Below, in pieces: positions 51,403-60,800 of a stretch of 64,000 nt of DNA. The notes beneath the pieces were generated by a model. It ran no database searches and had not been told where the DNA came from. It saw only the letters and a program-made list of their open reading frames with translations. The stretch comes from Botryllus schlosseri (Eukaryota): assembly GCA_051294905.1 (NCBI GenBank), contig CM119384.1:7440001-7504000 (forward strand). Reading direction: 5' to 3'. Both the position numbers and the translations under genes were made by a program. Every line of letters starts with the position of its first letter. Within the stretch, counting starts at the first letter, position 1.

Positions 51403-51828
51403 TCAACCGGGTTTCCATTCATCAACTTCGGCTTGTTCAAGCTTATCTGTTTTATTCTGGTTAGATTCTTGATCGGTGCGCGACTTCTCTCCCTTCGCCC
51501 TTGATTCCAATTTTTCCACTTTGTGCTTCATCGATTGCCTCTTTGCAATATTACGCTCCACCTCTCCGTCACCTGGAGGATCGGACCTCGTGTGCTGTAA
51601 CCATGAGAGCCATTCGATAGGAACATGTTTACTTGCTTCTACCGCACTGAAAATGGAGTCGTCCGTGTTGGGCGTTTCCACTGTCCGTTTCAACTTGACT
51701 ATCTCTCTCCGATCAAAGTAGTATTTTTGAGGTGGTATTTCATAATACTTGTTCCCGTACGAATCAATTCCTCTGAGATGTTTTGTCGGTTCAAGGCGAA
51801 ATATTCTCGAGACTACCCTGCTAAACAT
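51403..51828 (-). CDS. NDUFAF2: Complex I assembly factor 2 (mimitin, NDUFA12 family), uninterrupted CDS
   Basis: 141 aa with GIDSYGNKYYEIP and VPIEWLSWLQHTRSDPP motifs and a basic amphipathic N-terminus. Confidence 0.85.
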   Translation of the reverse strand: MFSRVVSRIFRLEPTKHLRGIDSYGNKYYEIPPQKYYFDRREIVKLKRTVETPNTDDSIFSAVEASKHVPIEWLSWLQHTRSDPPGDGEVERNIAKRQSMKHKVEKLESRAKGEKSRTDQESNQNKTDKLEQAEVDEWKPG

Positions 51829-52093
51829 TTCATCCGAAACGTACCTAATCTGTAATTATAAATCATTCGTAAAAGTAATCTTCATTGCACAATTCTCACA
51901 ATGGCAATATCTGTTGGCTATCGAGAAATCGGGATAAGAATACACCTATTAACAATACCATTCACTCTCAAACTCAATGCTGTGATATAAATCGATGAAA
52001 GCTTTAAAAAAAATATGCTCTAGCTACAATCTCCTGATAAAATATACGAACAGAGCGGAATGGTACAGATATGAAATCGGCAGTTCATAAAAA

Positions 52094-53932
52094 TTACTCT
52101 AAAAATTCACTTACAGAGCTCACATGAGTGATTACAGCATCACGATCCGCACTATGAATAATGTCTAGTAATTGTACATTCAAGCTCGCCATTGAAACAG
52201 AAACGTCAATTTTGGCAAGTTCTTCCGCTAGTTCAACAATGCTCGAAACACAAGTGTAATCAAGATTAGTAAGATTCGAAGCATCAACAACCACATAATC
52301 TAAGGAGCCTTCGCTAATCCTCTCGTGGACGATGTCACGTATGGAATCTGTGACATATTCCGCAGAAGGATAGTGAATACCCTGCTTGGGTGTAATGACC
52401 AAAACAGATTCAGACGAATCATTGTAGGCGAGACGCTGATCAATTGTCGGGAAAGTAACAGGGTACAACATTATAATCATGGAAACCGCGATTCCCGCTA
52501 AAATCCCGTAAGGTATTTGCCAGAAACAGACAAAAAATGTTGCCAACAAAGGCAGTAAGTCGATTCTTTTCACTTTCCACAATGTTATCACTGTTTTGAA
52601 ATCGATCATGTACACGACAGCGCAAATAATTACTGCTGCAAGTGCTGATTTCGGAATGAAATAAAACGACGGAGTCAGCACTGCCAAACTTAACAAGACA
52701 AGAGCGCCGGTGAAGAGTCCGCCCGCAGGAGTTTTGACGTTACTCTGAGCATTGATCGCGGTGCGCGAAAAACTACCAGTAACGCAATAAGAAGATACAA
52801 AAGAGCTCATGATATTGGAAAAACCGATAGCTATCATATCCTGATTGATATTCAAGGTATATCCGTTCTTGCTAGCAAATGATTTACCAATCGCGATACT
52901 CTCCAGCAACCCCATAAAAGGAACCACAAACAAGCCAGCTCCCATTCTACCGAGAAGTTCACCGGCATGTACAGTCGAATTACCATTAGTTTCTTGAAAC
53001 GCAGGTGCCTCGAAAGGTGGCAAGCCTTCTTCAATTTCTCCTGTTAACGTGAGGCAGTCTTTATGTTTACATTTGGTAACGCTATCTTGAGTGTGAACGG
53101 CGTACGCGACAAGTCCAGCAGAAATCACAACGATTGCATTGCGAGCTATGCTGATTAACCATATGAATTTCTTTGAAATTTTTTGGCACATGCTGTCTTC
53201 CGGAGAGGTGGGGGCAATCCACTGTCTGATGTATCGCAACAGTGTGAGACAAATAATACAACTCAATCCCATTACGATGTCCCAAACGTTTGCATTTTTC
53301 AACGACTTCAAAGTTTCTGCCAGCTGTGGAAAAAAGCTTTGCGATGTTGTCTTGACGCCGAAGATATGCTTCAACTGACCCAAGCCAATCGTAATCGCGG
53401 CTGCCGAGGTAAATCCACTTATAACCGGGACAGAAACAAACCTCATTATAAACCCAAGTCTGAATATTCCCATTGCAAACTGAATCAACCCAGCTATCAG
53501 AGTTAGCAGGACGGCTTGTACTGGGTCTCTGTTGCCATACGTATATACCAGCAGGGACATAATTGCAGTCGGCCCAAGGGTAACATCTTTGCTTGTTCCA
53601 AATATGCAGTAAATAAAACCACCCATAAACGAACTGTACAGTCCAAATTGCACGGGCAGGCCTGCGATTTGCGCATACGCCAAACCTTGCGGGACGACAG
53701 TCAATCCCACAGTGAGTCCAGCGACCAAATCGCACTGTAACCAGTTCCATTCATACTTTGGCAACCAGACTAAGATAGGGAAGAATGACTTGAAGACTTG
53801 CAAGCATTTGCTGCTGTTGCAATTCAAGTCTTTCAACTTTGAGGTTAAAAAGTTTGTTCCCTTTTCACCTTTCTTTGATGAATTAAGGGATGAAGAATTC
53901 AACAATGATTCTTCTTCGGCACTTCTATCCAT
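52094..53932 (-). CDS. SLC26A11: SLC26/SulP anion transporter, SLC26A11-like, with C-terminal STAS domain, uninterrupted CDS
   Basis: DLVAGLTVGLTVVPQGLAYAQIAGLP...GTSKDVTLGPTAIMSLL and TGSFSRTAINAQSNVKTP motifs. The first in-frame ATG is at 53932 (the ORF track start at 53956 is a TTG). Confidence 0.92.
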   Translation of the reverse strand: MDRSAEEESLLNSSSLNSSKKGEKGTNFLTSKLKDLNCNSSKCLQVFKSFFPILVWLPKYEWNWLQCDLVAGLTVGLTVVPQGLAYAQIAGLPVQFGLYSSFMGGFIYCIFGTSKDVTLGPTAIMSLLVYTYGNRDPVQAVLLTLIAGLIQFAMGIFRLGFIMRFVSVPVISGFTSAAAITIGLGQLKHIFGVKTTSQSFFPQLAETLKSLKNANVWDIVMGLSCIICLTLLRYIRQWIAPTSPEDSMCQKISKKFIWLISIARNAIVVISAGLVAYAVHTQDSVTKCKHKDCLTLTGEIEEGLPPFEAPAFQETNGNSTVHAGELLGRMGAGLFVVPFMGLLESIAIGKSFASKNGYTLNINQDMIAIGFSNIMSSFVSSYCVTGSFSRTAINAQSNVKTPAGGLFTGALVLLSLAVLTPSFYFIPKSALAAVIICAVVYMIDFKTVITLWKVKRIDLLPLLATFFVCFWQIPYGILAGIAVSMIIMLYPVTFPTIDQRLAYNDSSESVLVITPKQGIHYPSAEYVTDSIRDIVHERISEGSLDYVVVDASNLTNLDYTCVSSIVELAEELAKIDVSVSMASLNVQLLDIIHSADRDAVITHVSSVSEFLE

Positions 53933-54041
53933 CTTTACTGTCTTTGAGATTTGCAATCAAACAAGAGTCACACATACGCAAGCTTGCTGTTACATTACTC
54001 TATGAGTAATACTAGTGTAGCCTATAGCATACAATGGATTT

Positions 54042-54055
54042 CTGAAAATATAAAA
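54042..54055 (-). promoter_or_regulatory. Candidate trans-splice acceptor for SLC26A11
   Basis: TTTTATATTTTCAG on the minus strand, with the AG 37 nt after the PRMT9 stop codon. No obvious upstream donor exon space. Confidence 0.5.
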
Positions 54056-54080
54056 TAGGTCAAAGTCTCTTAATCGGTTG

Positions 54081-56447
54081 TTATTCTATATCAAACGAAA
54101 TGTAGCTTGATCTCCTCTGATATACAACAGAAATCGATTGATTTTCCACCGTCAGCAAATTGCCTTTATGCATGATAACACATTGCTGCCAAGAATTTTT
54201 AGGGTCGGATGTGTCAAACGCATCATCACCATCTGACATCAAGATATACCAATACAAAATCCCATGGACAAAACCTGCATTCGCATCAACACTAATGTTC
54301 ATTTTTTTATCCATCAGGTCTTTAGCCGAGTCATGTTTGAAATCTACCTCTTCGCACAGAAAAGGTGCTGACAGTACCTTATGATTGATATTCTGCATAT
54401 TTAAATGAGACAACGTAGTGGGTTGGAACGGTACCAGGTGGACACCTATATTCAAGCCCATAGTTGCAGCCATGTCAGGAATGGTACATCTCCGAATAAG
54501 TTGCTCAGACTCGATAATTTGTGCCATGATTCTAAACTTACTGGGGAAAATGGCGCCTTCAGGTTGTATAAAGCGCCTATTCTCAATGACATTTGTAAAT
54601 ATCGATTCATTGAGCAAGCCACTTGATTCGACGACATCAATAATAGCAGCATTGTAACGAGAACCAGACACTAGTTTACCACATCGCATGTTGAGTAGAG
54701 ACAATTTGTCTGCACAGTCTTGAAATTGCAATGAGTGTGTTGAATTATCTGACAATTTGGAAATGGAGAAGTGAGGATATTTGCTGGCTGTATGTAAGGA
54801 TAGCAGTGGTGAAGTTTGTGTAAGGTCGAGTATAGTCTGATGACTGGTAGTGTTTTGCAAAATTTCTGATGAAGATAATAAACAATCATAAAAGCCAGTG
54901 AAGCAGTCATTATTCATTCTGTACACATCATCATCTTGCATATAAACGATTGCGACATTGTCAGTAATAGGAATACTTTTTAGCGGGTTTGCTTGTGGAA
55001 AAATTTTGGATTCACGGCCGTCAATGATGACACAGCTTTCCAGCACAAGCTTGTCTGAATATTGGAGAAAATTCAATATGATTTTTGAATTTTGTTTTAC
55101 GAATATTCTGGCATAATCAAAACCATTTTCAGAATGAACTATTCTGCGGATTGGGTATACACATTGTTCCCAGCAAAGCTCAGAACCGATATGTGTTTTC
55201 AGAAGTTGCACCTGGCCGATGTCACTTACTAATAGATCAAATGACATAACTACAGCATCAAGATATCCTTCGCAGACACACAACAGCTCAAATATATATG
55301 GCTCACCGCGGGACTTGGCAAGACGAGATATTTCATGAGCATTGTTGAAATTTATGTCCATGAAAGGTTTGCAATCAGTGATTGTCTTGTGAGGTACTTT
55401 AGCAATTCGTTCGCAGGTGTATGGTTCGTGCGTGGAGGATAGTGGACACCACCTTCCCTTCATTTCTCCAGAGTCAACTTTGATACCGATGTTACTGAGT
55501 GTGAGAACAGCTCCTGTTGCGGATGGCATTTTTCCGCAATGTTTTTTGTGAATCTTTTCGCTCTCAATACAAGTGACATACAGCATTGCTTTTGATGGAA
55601 TGATTCTTCCTCCATCGTCATGAGGAACAAGCAATTCTCTCCATGCATGATCGATTGCAGGAATAATCCCCTCTCCAAACACCCCAGCATCTAACAGTTC
55701 GCATATCACAATGTCGGCTCTCTTTTTAAAAGGCAATTTATATTGGCCATATTCGACGCAGAGTTCGGTAGATACGCAGTTGTAAAATTTTATGTTTTCC
55801 TTGAATCCATTGGCAGCAACAATATCTTCGCCCAATTTGGACATGACAGGATCGCATTCACATGCAACTGCATTTGTATTCCCACCAATCGAGCTGAACA
55901 TGCCTAATAATCCAGTACCAGCTCCTATGTCTATGATATTTATGCTTCGGAAGCTGTTGTACCTTGAACTTTCCGTTACGCAATCTTTTATTGCGTTGTA
56001 AAAGCATTGATTGCGATTTTTATCATTCAGCATTTCATAATGCCAGTTATCGATAATTGATCGACATAAATTATCAGAACTTTCACGCGCATCCATATTG
56101 TCGGGGTTCATTTCCAATACGGATTGATAGACGCTGTGTGCTCTTAGCTTATTGTGCAATTGATAAAACCAGTTGCCTGTTATCAAATGAAAACGTTCAC
56201 ATTCTGGAAAATACTCACATCCCGTATGATAGAGTTCCATCATCTTGCTTGACATATTTAGTTGAACAAGTTCTCCACCCCAAGCGTTCCATATATCGCA
56301 AAAATCGTCTTCTAGGGTGTTTTTCATTTCCGGCTTGAGTTTAAGCAGAAGAAGAAAATACGCATAGGCTTGACCAAACTTGCCATCTCTTCTACATAAT
56401 TGTGCATGAGACCAAGTTTCATCGAATAATCGCTGTCTTGCGTCCAT
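54081..56447 (-). CDS. PRMT9: Protein arginine N-methyltransferase 9 (TPR plus two methyltransferase modules), uninterrupted CDS
   Basis: 788 aa with an N-terminal TPR-like region, IDNWHYEMLNDKNRN, SAM motif IIDIGAGTGLLG, ELLDAGVFGEGI and a THW-like CWEQCVYP, plus a degenerate second module ending SWQQCV. Confidence 0.9.
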   Translation of the reverse strand: MDARQRLFDETWSHAQLCRRDGKFGQAYAYFLLLLKLKPEMKNTLEDDFCDIWNAWGGELVQLNMSSKMMELYHTGCEYFPECERFHLITGNWFYQLHNKLRAHSVYQSVLEMNPDNMDARESSDNLCRSIIDNWHYEMLNDKNRNQCFYNAIKDCVTESSRYNSFRSINIIDIGAGTGLLGMFSSIGGNTNAVACECDPVMSKLGEDIVAANGFKENIKFYNCVSTELCVEYGQYKLPFKKRADIVICELLDAGVFGEGIIPAIDHAWRELLVPHDDGGRIIPSKAMLYVTCIESEKIHKKHCGKMPSATGAVLTLSNIGIKVDSGEMKGRWCPLSSTHEPYTCERIAKVPHKTITDCKPFMDINFNNAHEISRLAKSRGEPYIFELLCVCEGYLDAVVMSFDLLVSDIGQVQLLKTHIGSELCWEQCVYPIRRIVHSENGFDYARIFVKQNSKIILNFLQYSDKLVLESCVIIDGRESKIFPQANPLKSIPITDNVAIVYMQDDDVYRMNNDCFTGFYDCLLSSSEILQNTTSHQTILDLTQTSPLLSLHTASKYPHFSISKLSDNSTHSLQFQDCADKLSLLNMRCGKLVSGSRYNAAIIDVVESSGLLNESIFTNVIENRRFIQPEGAIFPSKFRIMAQIIESEQLIRRCTIPDMAATMGLNIGVHLVPFQPTTLSHLNMQNINHKVLSAPFLCEEVDFKHDSAKDLMDKKMNISVDANAGFVHGILYWYILMSDGDDAFDTSDPKNSWQQCVIMHKGNLLTVENQSISVVYQRRSSYISFDIE

Positions 56448-57012
56448 TCCAGTGTTGTCAGCTAAAATACCCTTACAGAAATGGACCTTAACACGTCAAT
56501 ATCGCAGAAAGCACATTCGCTTACGCAAGATAATAATACCCACTCAACAACGAAAACAAAAGTTCATTTGCACTTTGCAGCAAAGATAAGTATTTACATA
56601 TCCAAATCCGGATATGTGTATGAAGTCCGAATTATGAATACATTTCGCGTTACATTCTACTCTTGAGTTCAATTTATTGCTAATTTATTGCATGTCTATT
56701 CAAGAACATTCGTTAAAATGGCATACGAAAATTCAATTATTCGTCTTTCCGCATTTCTATCCAGTTTGCAAAATCTAAACAGATGAAAATCCCCAATCCC
56801 GGTTTTACAATGTCAATCCCTGACCATTGCCCGGTTCAGTGGAAGAAATCGATTTTTACATGGAATCAATTCTTGAATATGTATTGAATTCTAAAAAATG
56901 AGAAAATATGTCAAATCAGTGGATCAGATCTCAAATTTTACGCGTCTAGAATAGATATAGATAGAGGGTAGTTCAGTTCAGTTCAGTTCGGTTTATAAGC
57001 AATTTTCGTCAG

Positions 57013-57468
57013 TTCAATACACCACAAAAATTGCGATACAAGAAAAGATAAGAAGTTGTCGAAGCGACTTCGACTGGTCTTTGGAATCACACACCCACCT
57101 TGGCCTAGGCCCTAGACAATGTAAAGAGGGGGCATGCACACTGAATGAAAAGTAAAAGAAGATAATATAGAAAAGCAAAATACAAAATTGGGGAGGCATG
57201 TCACGGAGGCGAGTTCGATAGTCCATCCTCATACTAGTCTATCCTCAAGATTACCGGACCACGACCTGACCTATCGATCTCGCCCACCGTGACATGCCAC
57301 CCCATTTCTGTCGCTTGCATTTTTCTATACTATCTTCCTTTACTTTTCATTCAGTGTGCATGCCTCCTCCTTACATCGCCTAGGCCAAGGCCTGTTCCAT
57401 AGACTACTCCAAGTCGCTTCGACACCTTCCTATCTTTTCTTGTATCGCAATTTTTGTGGTGTATTGAA
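57013..57468. repeat. Imperfect fold-back element (about 200-bp arms) between the divergent PRMT9 and TUFM genes
   Basis: TTCAATACACCACAAAAATTGCGATACAAGAAAAGATA at 57013 is the exact reverse complement of the end at 57468. Inner arms align with gaps. No TSD seen. Confidence 0.8.
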
Positions 57469-57878
57469 ATGGTTGAGATCTGCTTCATATATTGCAGATA
57501 ATATGTAGATCCCGTCAATCAATATTTAAATGTCAATATATATTACTAAATCGTGGCATTGAAAGCAAACTGTGCATGTTAGGTATTGACATCATTCCAT
57601 CAGCGTGTATATAGCTCAGTGGTATTCACACTGGTATTCACGCTGGTTTCAAATCGCCCGTTGAAACATAAACCGAGGACACATTGCTATTTAGAAGTGA
57701 CGGTCAATGCACAAATGTGAAATTTGATGTTGCATGTGGTGATTTGGAGGTTGTTATTGAAATATACAAGATTTCGTACGGCAACTACGCGGCATCAATT
57801 GATCAAGTACAATTACAAATCATTGATCGTTTCAGAAAGTTTTGATCCAACTTGGTTTACAGTAACTAATAAATTGTC

Positions 57879-60800
57879 ATGGCGTCTTCAATTTGCAGGG
57901 GCATTATTCAAGGTATGAACGACTGCGTGGTCAGAGTTCACTTTTTACGAAGTGGACCTGTTTCGCGAGAATCTCGATTACACAATTGAATGTTTCATTA
58001 ACAGGTTCCTCACAGCGTGCTTCAGTTCTACGTAGATGGAATGCACTGGTGAGTACGGTATATTATTTTTTCGTTGTATCTTCATAATTTATTGATATAG
58101 GCACTTTAGGTGTAATAATAGTCTTATGATATGTCGTGATGACATTTTGCATTAAATTTACTTGCAGGGTATCCACAACACCGAGTCTGTTGGAGAATGC
58201 CGAAGGTGCTATGCAAAACCTGCCAAGCAAGTTTATAAAAGAGAGAAGCCCCATGTTAACATGGGTACAATCGGTCATGTTGATCATGGAAAAACGACTT
58301 TGACAGCTGCAATAACGAAATGTAAGCAAAATCGGCGCTTCTTCGTTTTACGATTGGAGAGAACCAGTGTTCCCCCATGATACCAACAAATGTTGGCACT
58401 TCTTCGTTATTCCCCGCACATCCAGAAGTGATCACCATGAAAACAATCAATGATTCCCATTAACATGCGAAAATTTATAAACGTCATAATGAATTTCGCG
58501 TTTTTCGCGTTGGGATTAGGGCTAAGGGAATATTAGGGACGGGGTGGGAGATATAAGGGTCGTGGGACGGAGGTGTAAGGGTGGGTTAGGGTCAAGGTTG
58601 GGATATCCTAAGATTAGGGTTGCGGGACGCTGGTGCTAGGGTAGGTCAGGATCAAGGTTGAGGTAGGATATCCCAAGATTAGGGTTGGGAATATTGTAAT
58701 TTTCACCCCCAACCCTAATCTTAGGATATCCTAACCTCATCCTTGACCCTCACCCACCCTAATATCCCCAACCGTTATCTTTGGAATCCTAACCCTAATA
58801 TCCCCTCCCCATCCCTAATATCTACCAACCCTAATCTTGGGATATCCCAACCTTGACCCTAACCCACCCTAATATCCGAATACCCATCCCTATTATTAGA
58901 ATATCCTAACCCACCCTAATATCCCCCTTCCCATCCCTACTATCTCCGGATCCCTAATATCCCCAACCCTAATCTTAGGACATGCTAACCCACCCAAATA
59001 TCCGTCTACCCCACCCCAACGCGAAAAACAATTCATTTTGACATTTATAAATTTTTCTGTTAATGTTCATGGGAAGCATTTATTGATGTCATGGGGATCA
59101 TTTTTTCGATGTGTGGGGAATAACGAAGAAGTGCCCAAATGTTTTCCATGAACACGAACAAAAATTTATAAACGTCAAAATAAATTGTTTTATTTTGTGC
59201 CTTTGGAGAGACGGATATTAGGGTGGGGATGGGGGATTTGAGGGTTGGAGGTGGGTTCGGGTATCCCAAGATTAGGGTTGGAGTGAGGGTTAGGGGAAAG
59301 GGGGATATTAGGGTTTCCCCAACCCTAATCTTGGGATACCCTAACCCAGTGGTTCTTGACCTTGCCCCCAGCGCCCCCCAGGGGGCGCTGGCGATGTTGA
59401 AGGGGGGCGGAAACGCTCAGGGGGCGATATGGGGGGCGCTGGAGAAAAATGGCTTCGCAGTAGATGATGTGGTGATAGGACATATCCTTAATGAGTATTC
59501 AGAGCAAATTAACACCGAAAACTTCGTTACATATAACCTTCAAAATACATATAGGTTTAATTGTCCATGGGCGCCTAAATGACTGACACCAAATGTTCGT
59601 GTCTTGGAAATCTGAACCCCAGAAGACGAATTCCATCAGGCAGGGAAAAATTATATGTCAGTGAAGAAATACCGGCGCTTCTTCGATATACGCCCCAGAT
59701 CGAAACAGTGTTTCACACGTAACCAGCAAGTGTTTCACATGAACACGATCAAATTTTATAAACGTCAAAATAAATTGCTTTTTGCCTGTGGAGAGACGGA
59801 TATTAGGGTTGGATGTGGTCAAAGTTGGGGTTAGGGATATCAGAGTTGGGGGAGATTATGGTTAGGGATAGGTGGATATTAGGGTTGTGTTAGGGTATCC
59901 CAGGATTAGAGACGGGGAAGGGGGATATTAGGGTTGGAGTGGGTAAGGGTCAAAGTTGTTGTTAGTGTATCCCAAGATTAGGGTTGGGGATATTATGGTC
60001 GGGAGAGTGTGGAATATCGTGTCCTGCACTCCAAACCTATTCTTGGGTCACCCTAACCCTAACACAGCTCTAACCCCAACCCAGCTCTAACCCTAACTCT
60101 AAACCCATCCCCTAACCCTAATATCCCCCTCCCCAACCCTAATATCCCCCCCTCCTCCAACCCTAATATCCCCATTTCCTAACCCTAACACAGCTCTAAC
60201 CCTAACCCAGCTTTAACCCTAACCCTAAACCCATCCCCTAACCCTAATATCCCCCTTTCCCAACCCTAATATCCATCATTCCTCGAACCCTAATATCTCC
60301 AACTCTAATATCCCCCTCTACTTTACCCTAAAATCCTCCCTCCCCAGTCCTAATATCCCCCTCTCCTCCAACCATAATATCCCCTTCTACAACAAAGGCA
60401 AAAAACAAATTGTTTTGACGTTTATAAATTTTATTGTGTTCACGTGAAACATTTGTTGGTGTCATGGGGAGCACTGTTTCGATCTGGGGCGTATATCGAA
60501 GAAGCGCCGAAATACCAATCTGAAATCGTGTGCATCTTTTAGTTTAGTACGATTGGGCGACAGGGATATTCCTGCTGGGCGATATCCCCGTTGAGCGATT
60601 CTATATTTTTTGATATTGCAGACAGGGGGTCACGAAATAACATCATACAACGAGGTCATACCAACGGGTTCGCCTGCCCGAATATGTTTAATTATTGGTA
60701 ACGGGCCCTACAGTTTCCAAGAAAGCTCACAATGTTCGCTTTAACTTTTGATGAGTCTGCGCACACTCAACAACTCACTGCGCTGACCCCTGGACAACAG

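Noticed and set aside
53082-53750. 222-aa and other overlapping or antisense ORFs in the track (for example 9192-9503, 43043-43399, 48469-48732, 59223-59582)
   Set aside because: They are shadows of real exons or run through repeats, and have no recognisable motifs.
47740-56447. Processed pseudogenes
   Set aside because: All five ORFs are full-length and intact, with no poly(A) tracts or TSDs seen.
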